A stretch of 64,000 nt of DNA from an uncultured Candidatus Saccharibacteria bacterium (GCA_964643545.1 CAZXTE010000001.1:19101-83100), one strand, 5' to 3'. Counted from the first letter of the stretch, positions 20,743 to 30,527 are shown. The notes: a model not told the origin generated them from the letters alone. Made by a program: numbers and translations.

Positions 20743-21944
20743 GATATACCGCTCTTATCCCATGTGCCAAACAGCTCCACCTTGCTTGCCGGATTGGTTG
20801 TAGTATTAGCGGCAACTACCGTGAACTTAAATCCATTGTAAATATGATCGTGTTCTTGGGTCATATCTTTACTAAACACAGCTACGGTAAGTTTGTACTC
20901 TCCTTCCAGGAACGGCACCCTAGGTATGACGTAGGAAGCCGTCTGATCCGTTTGAAGCTCGTAATTTATGCTATTTGGGCCAGATAGATTTACCCCTTCG
21001 GAATCTTCAAACATTAATCCAAGAATTATTTTCTGTTTTTCTTCAGACTTGAATGAAATCTTAACTTCTAATTCTTCGCCACTGGTAACTCGTTTTTTCT
21101 TAAGCGGTTTGCCATTGCTGTAGAATTCTAGTGAATCAACTTTTACCTTGCTGTCACCCCAGCGTCGAACCTTCTTTTCACTCTGTACTGTTTCGTCGCC
21201 ATAACTACTGGCATTAATTTCCTGGTATACGGCAGCAGCTTCACTTGGTGTATAAATGCCTAGAAGCTTACCGTTATCAATAACAGCAACTCTTTCGCAG
21301 TATTTTTTTATAGCCTGCATATCGTGCGAAACAAGCACGACCGTTCTATTCGATTTCTTGTATTCAGCAAAGACGCTGTTGCACTTTTTCTGGAAGGCCT
21401 CATCTCCAACGGCTAGCACTTCGTCCAGTACCAGTATATCGCTTTTAGCTCGAATGGCGATCGAAAAGGCCAGACGAACCTGCATTCCCGATGAGTAATT
21501 CTTAAGCTTCTGGTCCATAAATTTCTCTATTTCAGCAAAGTCAACAATATCCTGGTACATTAAGTTCATTTCTTTGCGCCCGAAACCCAATAGCGCACCG
21601 TTTAAAAAAACATTTTCGCGACCTGTAAGTTCTGGGTTGAAACCAACACCTAATTCTATGAAGGGAGTAAGCTTACCATTGACAGATATAGCCCCTGTAT
21701 CTGGAGCGTAGATCCCTGCTAACAACTTAAGCAATGTGCTCTTCCCACTTCCATTCCTGCCAACTATCCCAAAGAAATTTCCCTTTTTTATCTCAAATGA
21801 CACATTGTCTAGAACTTTTTGTCTTTCAAACGTCCGATTCCCCCTAAACAGACTTACGAACAAGCCCTTAACAGACCCCTGTTTTTCGTGGGGAAGTTTG
21901 AATGTTTTACTGACAGACTCAATCTTAATAGCAAGATCATCCAT
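20739..21944 (-). CDS. wzt: polysaccharide ABC exporter ATP-binding protein with C-terminal carbohydrate-binding extension
   Basis: Walker A GRNGSGKST, ABC signature YSSGMQVRLAF and Walker B ILVLDE. A ~150-aa C-terminal beta-rich extension resembles the Wzt C domain. Confidence 0.85.
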   Translation of the reverse strand: MDDLAIKIESVSKTFKLPHEKQGSVKGLFVSLFRGNRTFERQKVLDNVSFEIKKGNFFGIVGRNGSGKSTLLKLLAGIYAPDTGAISVNGKLTPFIELGVGFNPELTGRENVFLNGALLGFGRKEMNLMYQDIVDFAEIEKFMDQKLKNYSSGMQVRLAFSIAIRAKSDILVLDEVLAVGDEAFQKKCNSVFAEYKKSNRTVVLVSHDMQAIKKYCERVAVIDNGKLLGIYTPSEAAAVYQEINASSYGDETVQSEKKVRRWGDSKVKVDSLEFYSNGKPLKKKRVTSGEELEVKISFKSEEKQKIILGLMFEDSEGVNLSGPNSINYELQTDQTASYVIPRVPFLEGEYKLTVAVFSKDMTQEHDHIYNGFKFTVVAANTTTNPASKVELFGTWDKSGIS

Positions 21945-22744
21945 TACAGATCCTCGGCAAAGTTTTTTGCTTCTCTCTTAAAGTACAGGACGCCGAATAA
22001 TAATACAGTGAGTGTTATAGAATATGGTACCAGTCGCGACCATTGACTACCGTAGACATGACTAATTGTTAACGAACTATGCGAAACTGCAGCGTACCTC
22101 GCGTCCTGAACGGCAGTAGCGATTGGATTCACCATCAAGATTTTCTGATACAAGGGCTTCGTTATGATCGAGAGTGGATATAGTATGGGCGTTAGATAGA
22201 ACAACCCTTGAAGCGAAACCTCCCATAGGTGCGTAACGTCCCGATACTTTACAAAGGCCGTCGCAAGAATAAGAGATACTCCCAAGGCAAACAAGTAGAG
22301 CTGAACCAGCACTAATGGCAACAGCAAGATACTTCGCATAATATCAACGTGATTGAATAGCAAGAAAATAAACACAATAATAAGATTAAGCGCTAAGTTA
22401 ATCAGTGCGGTAACGCTACTCGAAAGAACTATTATCCATCTTGGGATACGGATCTTGCGAATTAAGTCACCTCTGGAAACAATACTACTAAGACTTATAC
22501 TTGTCATTTCTGCAAAAAAGTTCCATAGTACTATTCCTAATAATAGGTATATGGGGTAGTGTTCTATGCCCTTACCTATCTTTAAGAATTTTACAAAGAC
22601 GACATAGAGTATCAGGAACAGCAACAACGGGCGCAGAAGCGACCATGCGTAGCCGAGAACAGAGCCTTGATAGCGAAGCTTGAAGTCGGTTCTAACCAGT
22701 TCACCAAGAAGAGTCCTGTTCTGTTTTGAAAATATATGTTTCAT
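21944..22744 (-). CDS. wzm: ABC-2 type polysaccharide exporter permease
   Basis: 266 aa with six TM segments. It is adjacent to and translationally coupled with wzt. Confidence 0.85.
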   Translation of the reverse strand: MKHIFSKQNRTLLGELVRTDFKLRYQGSVLGYAWSLLRPLLLFLILYVVFVKFLKIGKGIEHYPIYLLLGIVLWNFFAEMTSISLSSIVSRGDLIRKIRIPRWIIVLSSSVTALINLALNLIIVFIFLLFNHVDIMRSILLLPLVLVQLYLFALGVSLILATAFVKYRDVTHLWEVSLQGLFYLTPILYPLSIITKPLYQKILMVNPIATAVQDARYAAVSHSSLTISHVYGSQWSRLVPYSITLTVLLFGVLYFKREAKNFAEDL

Positions 22745-22783
22745 GGGTTACCAGCCTTTTATTATAAGATAGGTACTAGAAAC

Positions 22784-23794
22784 ATGAAAAAGATATTTGT
22801 CGTAGTCCCAAACTGGAATGGTAAAGATGAGCTAAAGGCCTGTCTTGAGTCGCTTCACGCGCAGACTCAAAGCGCACAGATTTTGGTAGTAGAGAACGGC
22901 TCTAACGATGGCTCCCTAGAATATATCCAAGAGAACTTTAACAACGTGCAACTTGTCATAAATAAAACGAACCTGGGCTTTGCGGGTGGGGTAAATAGCG
23001 GCATTAGGGAAGCAATCGCTAGTGGAGCAGAATATATAGCCCTATTCAATAACGATGCAGTTGCAGATAAAGACTGGCTCAAGCATCTTCTTAAGTCCTT
23101 AGAACAAAACTCGGAAGTCGGAATCACCACCTGTAAACTGTTGAGTGCAGATAAGAAACTGATCGACAGCACGGGTGACCAATATACCACATGGGGACTA
23201 CCCTACCCCAGAGGAAGGGGTGAGATTACCTCCAATAGGTATGATTCCGACACGCATATATTTGGGGCTTCTGGTGGGGCAAGCTTGTACAGAACTAAGA
23301 TGTTTGAAGAAATAGGACTATTTGACGAGGATTTCTTTGCCTACTTTGAAGATGTAGACTTGAGTTTCCGCGCCCAACTTGCTGGCTGGAAAGTACTTTA
23401 CGCTCCCAAAGCTATTGTTTATCACAAAATAGGCGCAACAAGCGGCAAAATAAAGGGCTTTACCACGTATCAAACGTTCAAGAACTATCCATTATTATTC
23501 TGGAAGAACGTTCCCTTTCCGCTTATGTTTAAAATGCTCCCACGATTTACACTCGTTTACGTCAGCATATACATAAGTTCTCTCTTAAAAGGACGTGGTT
23601 TGCCTGCAACAAAAGGCCTTGTGCGCTCACTCACTTTATTACCGAAAAAGACTCTGGAGCGGCGACGCATCCAGAAAAGCCGAATGGTTTCTGCCGAGCA
23701 CATTAATGGCTTGCTCTTGCATGACTTGCCCCCCAATGCCGACAAACTAAGGAAGCTACGTTCTCGTTGGTGGAAAATTATCGGCAAACGGTAA
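22784..23794 (+). CDS. GT2 glycosyltransferase (rhamnosyltransferase-like)
   Basis: IFVVVPNWNGKDEL and FNNDAV motifs, plus a DVDLSFR-like DxD region. The start is the ATG at 22784. Confidence 0.75.
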   Translation: MKKIFVVVPNWNGKDELKACLESLHAQTQSAQILVVENGSNDGSLEYIQENFNNVQLVINKTNLGFAGGVNSGIREAIASGAEYIALFNNDAVADKDWLKHLLKSLEQNSEVGITTCKLLSADKKLIDSTGDQYTTWGLPYPRGRGEITSNRYDSDTHIFGASGGASLYRTKMFEEIGLFDEDFFAYFEDVDLSFRAQLAGWKVLYAPKAIVYHKIGATSGKIKGFTTYQTFKNYPLLFWKNVPFPLMFKMLPRFTLVYVSIYISSLLKGRGLPATKGLVRSLTLLPKKTLERRRIQKSRMVSAEHINGLLLHDLPPNADKLRKLRSRWWKIIGKR

Positions 23795-23818
23795 ACTTTT
23801 GGTACAGTTTTAGACCAG

Positions 23819-24232
23819 TTATATATTAAAGGTCTTCTTGGTCTTGTATGGTTCTAGCTCTAACGAGTCCTGAATTTCAGTATATACAAACGGCATCTCT
23901 TCTCGGGCGAGCGCCTGCATTGTTTTATCAATCATTTCGTATAATTTTGACGTTGGCACATCTTTTAGATCTCGTTTTTCAACTTCTTCTAGCAACTTCT
24001 CAAGTCTCTTGCCAAGAACCTTGATTCGATGTTGTTTACCAATCTTGTATTGTTCTTGCAAATTGTCTAAATACAGACCCTGTTGGTTCTGGATCTCATT
24101 TTCATATTGTTTTGCCCAATTAAACAAAGTTGTCTTACTGACGTCGAGTTTCTTTGCAATATTTGCATAGCTTTCATTGCTCGCACGTAACTCAATAAAT
24201 TTCTCATGTTTCTCTGGCTTACTCATCAACAC
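23819..24232 (-). CDS. small helix-turn-helix protein (IS3-OrfA-like or regulator)
   Basis: SYANIAKKLDVSKTTLFNWAKQY is an HTH, followed by a coiled-coil/leucine-zipper-like region. No partner ORF is present. Confidence 0.45.
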   Translation of the reverse strand: MLMSKPEKHEKFIELRASNESYANIAKKLDVSKTTLFNWAKQYENEIQNQQGLYLDNLQEQYKIGKQHRIKVLGKRLEKLLEEVEKRDLKDVPTSKLYEMIDKTMQALAREEMPFVYTEIQDSLELEPYKTKKTFNI

Positions 24233-24295
24233 TCCCCTTGCAATTTTCCTGTTCCGGTATTATACCACCCCTTACCGCCAGGGGTCACTCACGCA

Positions 24296-25618
24296 CTACT
24301 TCTTAGGCGAGAGTCTGGGTAGTATTTGAGCGCTCAATACCATACCCGTAAGCAGCCACCACTGTGTAGTCACCGCCTCGTTACTCCATACATGGTTGAG
24401 GAGTCCAACAATGATGTACCCCCAGAAACTCGCCTGGAGCGCTCTTTGCAAAACGAACATGTCTTGATTCTTTGTAAGCGTTTTCCTGAAAGACAGATTG
24501 TAGATAAGTAGGGCAAGTAGACCAAGAAAGAGCAGCAACCCCACCACTCCGACCTCGTACCCTATTTGTAGAAAGTAGTTTTCGGTCAATTGCCCGCCAT
24601 TAGTATTACGGATCGATACAATGCCAGCGGTCCCTGGACCATGACCCTGAGGCTCATGAATGATCCCATCTATGGCTTGGCGCTGAAAAGAAACACGCAG
24701 CTCGTTAGGATCAGCCTGGTTGGTGCTCTGGTCACTGTGCAAGAGTAGGTTTTGAGTGACGTAACTATCACGCGTCATCACTGCAACACCACAGAACAAC
24801 AGGACCACGGCGATAAGTACATACTTAAACCGGCCAGCCAGTGCTCGCAACACGCTGCCATAGGTGAGAACAACCGCCAGAACTACAGATAGAACAGCAC
24901 CAATCCACGCGCTACGAGAAAAAGTGAGCAGCAACGCCAACCCTTGCAACCCCAGTAAACCCAACAAGATTAGTCGCTTTTTCGCCTTCAGCACCATGAG
25001 CACCAACATAGTCATAGGAATCATGAGGTACGCACCTAGTGAATTTGGGTCACGAAGAGTGGACATAATACGAGGGAAGTCGGGCTTGTCGTCGATGAAA
25101 AACGCGGGTTTGACCCCCCGAGCGACACTATAGCCAAAGTGCGTCATTACATCTTTTGGCAGGAAGTACTGCAATACTCCAAGAACCGCCACTACCGAAC
25201 TAACAATCAATACTAATCGAATCAAAAAACGCTGTTTCTCTTTGTCTAGCCGCGCACCGGCAACTATGCCAATCAGCAATAGGGCCAAGGGCCGCGTGTT
25301 ATAGGCAGTCGCTTCCAGAGCGACTTGAGAGTATCCTTGAGAGCCAAGGAGCATAAGCAACACATGGGTCGTTACATAAAGCCCGGAAAGGACCGTCAGA
25401 ATGCGAAATAATCTATTACTAAACAACCCCCGCCGATATGCAAGACCCAGAAATATCGGGACTGATAGCATCAAAACAACATCTTTGCCTGCCTTCCACG
25501 CCGACAAGCCCCCGGTGTAGGTGCTTAACCAAATCGACAAGAAGATATGAAGGGGCATATACGTAAGATATGCGTACGCAAACCAGCGCGGGAACCAAGA
25601 CAGCTGCTGTTTGTTCAT
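24296..25618 (-). CDS. Wzy_C-domain membrane protein (O-antigen ligase / PglL-like O-oligosaccharyltransferase family)
   Basis: 440 aa with about 10-12 TM segments and an LLTFSRSAWIGAVL motif typical of Wzy_C. Confidence 0.6.
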   Translation of the reverse strand: MNKQQLSWFPRWFAYAYLTYMPLHIFLSIWLSTYTGGLSAWKAGKDVVLMLSVPIFLGLAYRRGLFSNRLFRILTVLSGLYVTTHVLLMLLGSQGYSQVALEATAYNTRPLALLLIGIVAGARLDKEKQRFLIRLVLIVSSVVAVLGVLQYFLPKDVMTHFGYSVARGVKPAFFIDDKPDFPRIMSTLRDPNSLGAYLMIPMTMLVLMVLKAKKRLILLGLLGLQGLALLLTFSRSAWIGAVLSVVLAVVLTYGSVLRALAGRFKYVLIAVVLLFCGVAVMTRDSYVTQNLLLHSDQSTNQADPNELRVSFQRQAIDGIIHEPQGHGPGTAGIVSIRNTNGGQLTENYFLQIGYEVGVVGLLLFLGLLALLIYNLSFRKTLTKNQDMFVLQRALQASFWGYIIVGLLNHVWSNEAVTTQWWLLTGMVLSAQILPRLSPKK

Positions 25619-25644
25619 TGTGTTTTATTGTATAGACTAATAGG

Positions 25645-26757
25645 ATGAAGAACCAGAAAAAACACATTGTTATTGATGCCCGCATTCGGCCCAGCAGCAC
25701 CGGCCGATATATTGACCGAGTACTCGAGCATCTCCAGACAATAGACACACATAATAAATACACAGTGCTCTTAAGCAAAGGGGACGAATGGAAACCCAAA
25801 GCAAAGAACTTTTCTGCGCAGACGTGCCGATTCAGGTCTTTTTCCTTTAACCCAATTGACCAACTCCTTTTCTCGCGTCAACTATATAAACTCAAGGCAG
25901 ATCTTGTACATTTTGCGATGACTGGATACCAACCATTGTTCTACTTTGGCAACCAAGTAACTACAACAAATGATCTGACAATGTTTAAGTTTACTCGACG
26001 TGGCAGACTACCGATGTGGGCGCACCGTCTGAGAATGTGGGGCTACCATCTACTGATCTGGCAGGCGCATAAAAAAGCAAAGTACATCTTAACCTTCAGT
26101 GAGTATACTCGAGATGCAGTGGCAAAATTCCATACTTTCACAAGTAGAAAAATAGTAATCACCCCCCTAGCAACTGAGCCGCCACTAACCGAAAAATCTA
26201 TGCCTGTTGAGGAAGTAGAAGGTCGTTATATTATGTACACCGGTAGCTCTTTCCCGCATAAAAATTTGAAGCGTTTGGTCAAGGCCTTTGCAAGAGTTAG
26301 CGAAGGTGACCCAAGCCTGCACTTAGTATTAGTGGGCAAGAAAGAATATCATTCAAATCAACTACAGAAATGGGTGAAAGAAAAAGGCATAACTAACGTC
26401 ATCTTTACAGGATTTGTAAGCGATGGTGAGTTAAAGTGGCTATACGAAAACACACTGGCTTATGTCTTCCCTTCTCTTAGTGAGGGCTTTGGTCTTCCTA
26501 GTCTTGAAGCAATGGCTCATGGCGCACCTGTCGCTAGTAGCAATGCATCCTGTCTGCCCGAGGTGAATGGTGAAGCTGCACAGTACTTCGACCCACTAGA
26601 TATTGAAAGCATGGCTCAAGTAATAAAAAGGGTTGTGGGCAGTAGCAGTTTACGCCAAAAACTAGTGACGGCTGGTTATCGACAAGTAAAAAAATACTCA
26701 TGGAAACGAACGGCGCAACAAACTTTAGAGGCCTACAAAAAAGTTCTAGAAAAATAG
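25645..26757 (+). CDS. GT4 (GT-B) glycosyltransferase
   Basis: The C-terminal EGFGLPSLEAMAHGAPV motif is the GT1/GT4 signature. Confidence 0.8.
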   Translation: MKNQKKHIVIDARIRPSSTGRYIDRVLEHLQTIDTHNKYTVLLSKGDEWKPKAKNFSAQTCRFRSFSFNPIDQLLFSRQLYKLKADLVHFAMTGYQPLFYFGNQVTTTNDLTMFKFTRRGRLPMWAHRLRMWGYHLLIWQAHKKAKYILTFSEYTRDAVAKFHTFTSRKIVITPLATEPPLTEKSMPVEEVEGRYIMYTGSSFPHKNLKRLVKAFARVSEGDPSLHLVLVGKKEYHSNQLQKWVKEKGITNVIFTGFVSDGELKWLYENTLAYVFPSLSEGFGLPSLEAMAHGAPVASSNASCLPEVNGEAAQYFDPLDIESMAQVIKRVVGSSSLRQKLVTAGYRQVKKYSWKRTAQQTLEAYKKVLEK

Positions 26758-26875
26758 TTGTTGCTTTTATTACTGCTTTTTCTTTGATCTGTTCCGTGGC
26801 AATTTTTAAGCACGACAATTTTTCTTTTTAGGACTCTGCTACTACGCTTTCTTTACTAAATGTAGAGGGTACATT

Positions 26876-28363
26876 TTGAAAAGTTCTTTTTTGAAGGTGC
26901 GCGTATCGAAAAGTCTGTTCATTGTTATTTCTAGCTCAATTATTTTATCAATCCTGGTTCAACCGCTTATAGCTCTAAAAACCTCTGCGCTGGGCACCTA
27001 CCCTAACGCTTCTATTGCAAACCGAGCCCTCGGCTATACGGGCCAATGGGGCGGTAACGCCTGCAAAGATGTTGGTAGGAGTGGATATACTGGTGGTTAC
27101 CCTGGCGGTCAAACCTACGATGGTCAGTGCCGGGCGTTTGTTAACTGTGTGGTTTGGTCCGTTAGTAATCGTACGCAGTGGTTGGGTGGCGGAGACTACT
27201 TTAGCCCACTCGCAGCCAATGGTCATGAAATCAAAGATATTAATGGTTTAGTAAAAGGTGATGTCATCCAGGTCGGGCAAGGCACGCACACATTCATAAT
27301 TGTTGGTCGTACGGGCGGCAATATATTCAGAGTAGTGGACTCGAACAGCAGGCTAGATGAGGTGGTCCGAACATATGACCGTAAAGTCACCCTCGACAAT
27401 ACAAATCGTGCGTTTCGATTAGGTCTGGCTGATGGGCCTCAACCAACTGTGAACGGAGGGGTCGGGACAAGATTGCTCGGTGATGTAAATGGAGATGGGC
27501 TAGACGATGCGATCGTTATGTTTAAAGACACAGGGACAGCAATGGTCGCTCTTTCGCAAGGCAGCAGCTTCTCTAACCCTTCCGCCTGGAGTTATGGCCA
27601 TTCCATGAACGCAAGTAATTACTTTTTGGCCGATGTAAATGGCGATAAAAAGAAGGACTTGGTCGGATTCTTCGCCCAGGACGGGCGCTGGAAAGTTAGC
27701 CTATCTTCTGGGACCGGGTTTTGGTCACCCGTAGAGTGGGCGTATGGGCAGGGTGTTGGTACGAGTAATCAATGGTTAATGGATGCAAATGGTGACGCGA
27801 AGGCCGACATCATAACTCTAGATAAACAAAACGGCGACTGGTATGTAAGCAGCTCATCCGGGAGTGGGTTCTGGCCACCAAAGCGCTGGATTAGTGGCCA
27901 TGGAGTCGGAAGTGACGATCAAGCAGCAGGAGATTTTAACGGGGACGGCAGAGCTGATGTTGCCATTTGGCTTCGGGATGGCTCGTGGTATGTAGCCCTA
28001 TCTACGGGCAGCACGTTCGGCTATCCTGGCCACTGGTCTGCCGGGCAAGGATTAAATAGCAGCCAACGCCTCGTTGGGGATGCAAACGGCGATGGCAGAG
28101 CTGACACAGCATACTTCTACGCCGATACGGGCAGGTGGTACGTATCTACCTCTTCTGGTTCAGGGTTCTGGACACCAACGGAGTGGGCGTATGGGCAGGG
28201 CGTAGGGACCACGGAGCGTTTCTTGGGCACGACCACAAAAGATTCGCTAGCTGACATGGTTACATTTGACAGAAACACGGGAGATTGGTGGGTTAGTGTA
28301 TCGTCTGGATCAGGCTTTTGGCCACCTTCTCGTTGGATCAGTGGTCACGGTAAGGCTTCTTAG
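26876..28363 (+). CDS. secreted CHAP-like amidase/peptidase domain fused to FG-GAP/integrin-alpha-like repeats
   Basis: Signal peptide, then a Cys...His pair (GQCRAFVNCVVW ... GTHTFIIVG), then seven D-x-N-G-D-G/K-x-x-D loops (DVNGDGLDD, DVNGDKKKD, DANGDAKAD, DFNGDGRAD, DANGDGRAD...). Confidence 0.65.
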   Translation: MKSSFLKVRVSKSLFIVISSSIILSILVQPLIALKTSALGTYPNASIANRALGYTGQWGGNACKDVGRSGYTGGYPGGQTYDGQCRAFVNCVVWSVSNRTQWLGGGDYFSPLAANGHEIKDINGLVKGDVIQVGQGTHTFIIVGRTGGNIFRVVDSNSRLDEVVRTYDRKVTLDNTNRAFRLGLADGPQPTVNGGVGTRLLGDVNGDGLDDAIVMFKDTGTAMVALSQGSSFSNPSAWSYGHSMNASNYFLADVNGDKKKDLVGFFAQDGRWKVSLSSGTGFWSPVEWAYGQGVGTSNQWLMDANGDAKADIITLDKQNGDWYVSSSSGSGFWPPKRWISGHGVGSDDQAAGDFNGDGRADVAIWLRDGSWYVALSTGSTFGYPGHWSAGQGLNSSQRLVGDANGDGRADTAYFYADTGRWYVSTSSGSGFWTPTEWAYGQGVGTTERFLGTTTKDSLADMVTFDRNTGDWWVSVSSGSGFWPPSRWISGHGKAS

Positions 28364-28821
28364 TCTTTGGTTACGGCCTTGAGGACAATGTGGCGGTCTC
28401 GGCCTTCGCCTACTGACTCGGTCTCTAGACCGCTCTCGCCCGCTAGTTTATGTATGGTGCGGCGATCAGCGGCATTCATGGGTTCGAGCGGCATGTCTTT
28501 GCCACTTTCTTTTACGGCAGCAACCCATTCTTCTGCCTTTTGCGACAGACGGTCTGCTCGAGCCTTCTTGTAGTCGGCAACGTCGACACTGACGCGAGAT
28601 ATTTCGTAATCGTTGTTCTTGAGTGCGCTACTCACCATGTACTGGATGGCACGGATGGTGTCGCCATGGCTACCGATAAGAAAGCCGTTGAGGTGCGAGC
28701 TAGGAACATGAAGTTCGATAACCTCATCTTCGCTATTGGTGGCATAAATATCGGTGTTTAAACCAAAAAAAGACAGTAGGTCTTCTAGGTACTTCTTGGC
28801 ATATAAAATTGATTCTTCCAC
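28360..28821 (-). CDS. jag: Jag/KhpB-like RNA-binding protein (KH + R3H)
   Basis: Position downstream of yidC and a C-terminal R3H-like motif. Confidence 0.75.
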   Translation of the reverse strand: MEESILYAKKYLEDLLSFFGLNTDIYATNSEDEVIELHVPSSHLNGFLIGSHGDTIRAIQYMVSSALKNNDYEISRVSVDVADYKKARADRLSQKAEEWVAAVKESGKDMPLEPMNAADRRTIHKLAGESGLETESVGEGRDRHIVLKAVTKD

Positions 28822-29741
28822 TACCGTTTCCTCCGTTTACTTTTTGATTTGGCGGTTTGCTTCTTTTTGTTTTTAGGAGGAAGAACTTCTGCTTCGATTA
28901 CCACTTTCGATTTCTTGTCGGTCGCTGTCGTCAGTTCGGTCTTGTCCCGGCCAAGCACCCTGTCCTGCTGCCAATACGCAACCAGGCCACTGGCAAGCCA
29001 GTACAACGACAGTGCTGATGCTATGTTGACGGTAACGATAAAGATAAAACCAGGCAATAAGAAGCGTGTGCTGCGCCCAACGGCTGCATTGACTTCGGTT
29101 TGGTCAGCCTGCTTGCCACCACCGGCGTCTTTGAGGATGCTACGCAGACTACGCTTGTCTTTGGTGTCTGGTGCAAGCTGTTTGGCTTGGAAGTACTGGA
29201 CCACTGCGCTACCGGCAACAATGGCCATGGCAGGCCAATAGATAGCACCGGCTTTATCAAGGGCGGCCCTGGAAAGGTCAACAACCCCAAAGAGCGTACT
29301 GTCGAAGCGCCCAATATCCGCTGCCAGCGTCTTAACCCAGCTTAGATCCCGTATAAACGGATAGGAAAAGTTAACGATTGCGTGCGGGTCGTCCACAATG
29401 CGCCGCAACCCGCTATACAGACCAATGAAGATTGGGATCTGTACAATGAGCAGACCAATACTGGCGAAGGGATTAATCTCGCGCTCTTTGTAGAGCTCCA
29501 TCATCATGACAGATTCTTTTTGACGATCACCCTTTGCTGCGGCCTTGATCTTCTTAAGCTCTGGCTGCAGTTCTCGCATAGCTTTCGCTTGGTGTAGCTG
29601 CTTCTTGACGAGTGGCCACATAAGCAAGCGAACAAGTATGGTGAAGAGAATGATGCTCAGACCAAAATTATGACCTGGCAACAGAGCATAGATAAGGACT
29701 AGTAAGTTAAATATCGGCTTAACAATGAGCGCTGTAAACAT
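28821..29741 (-). CDS. yidC: membrane protein insertase YidC (short monoderm type)
   Basis: 306 aa with the conserved first TM and the LLMWPL, KMRELQPE and ELYKEREINP motifs. It sits in the rnpA-yidC-jag context. Confidence 0.9.
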   Translation of the reverse strand: MFTALIVKPIFNLLVLIYALLPGHNFGLSIILFTILVRLLMWPLVKKQLHQAKAMRELQPELKKIKAAAKGDRQKESVMMMELYKEREINPFASIGLLIVQIPIFIGLYSGLRRIVDDPHAIVNFSYPFIRDLSWVKTLAADIGRFDSTLFGVVDLSRAALDKAGAIYWPAMAIVAGSAVVQYFQAKQLAPDTKDKRSLRSILKDAGGGKQADQTEVNAAVGRSTRFLLPGFIFIVTVNIASALSLYWLASGLVAYWQQDRVLGRDKTELTTATDKKSKVVIEAEVLPPKNKKKQTAKSKSKRRKR

Positions 29742-29755
29742 CGTTTCTCCTTTGG

Positions 29756-30130
29756 TTATATAGTATCACGGGTCTTGTCTTCAACCTTGACCGCGATGTT
29801 GGTTTTCTTAAGTAGCGCGCGCAGCTGTTCTTGCAGTTGGTCTATCGGAATAGTGGCGGTGCTTTCGTGAAAGACCGTCAGCACGATATCCATAGGCTGA
29901 TCGGGCAGAATTATAGTACGGATAAGTTCGTATAGCCGGCGACGCATCCGATTGCGCTTTACGGCTGACTTGCTGACTTTCTTGCTGACGACCACGGCAC
30001 AGCGCATGTCCGTACGCCGTTGGTTTTGGCCATACTTTAATCCAAATAGGTCACTCCGTACCGTTTGGCCAGTCTTATAGACATAGCGAAGGCTATTGTG
30101 ACCATGGAAGCGATTTGCTCGCCGAAGCAT
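29756..30130 (-). CDS. rnpA: ribonuclease P protein component
   Basis: 124 aa, basic, with an RNR-like (RRANRF) N-terminus. It lies between rpmH and yidC. Confidence 0.85.
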   Translation of the reverse strand: MLRRANRFHGHNSLRYVYKTGQTVRSDLFGLKYGQNQRRTDMRCAVVVSKKVSKSAVKRNRMRRRLYELIRTIILPDQPMDIVLTVFHESTATIPIDQLQEQLRALLKKTNIAVKVEDKTRDTI

Positions 30131-30149
30131 ACGGCTTAAGACCTTCTAT

Positions 30150-30287
30150 CTAGTGCGTTAGACGCACGCGACCTTTGATACGTCGGCTTTTTAGAACTCG
30201 ACGACCGGCTTTACTGGCCATTCGTTTTAGGAATCCGTGCTCGCGTGCGCGGTGGCGTTTTTTTGGTTGGTAGGTTCGTTTTGGCAT
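30150..30287 (-). CDS. rpmH: 50S ribosomal protein L34
   Basis: [45 protein letters not shown] is 45 aa. The track ORF is a spurious 5' extension. Confidence 0.9.
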   Translation of the reverse strand: MPKRTYQPKKRHRAREHGFLKRMASKAGRRVLKSRRIKGRVRLTH

Positions 30288-30470
30288 GTGTGCTCCTGTT
30301 GTCGTTTTTAGTAACGTGAAATTAACAATGTTTACCCCACAAATTCTAGCAAGTTTTCCACTGGTCGCCAACTACTTTCCACAGATTTCAAGATGGAGCA
30401 TTGCCCTGTGTACAAATATTCATCTGTTAGGCGCAATTCATTTAGAAATCACCTTTCGCAATTGTTTTCT

Positions 30471-30479
30471 TGTGGAAAA
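30471..30479 (-). promoter_or_regulatory. DnaA box (TTTTCCACA, 8/9 to TTATCCACA) upstream of dnaA
   Basis: TGTGGAAAA on the plus strand. A weaker box, CTTTCCACA, lies at 30375-30383. Confidence 0.45.
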
Positions 30480-30527
30480 CTTTTCTTCAATCCTCTAGAA
30501 TACGACTACGAAACCAAAGGAGAGGGC

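Noticed and set aside
30393-30527. dnaA starting at the upstream ATG (30393) as in the ORF track
   Set aside because: The extra 45 aa (MEHCPVYKYSSVRRNSF...) are Cys/aromatic-rich and unlike DnaA domain I. GTG 30528 is preceded by a good AAAGGAGAG Shine-Dalgarno and begins with the conserved LWQ..L motif. The call is retained only as an alternative.
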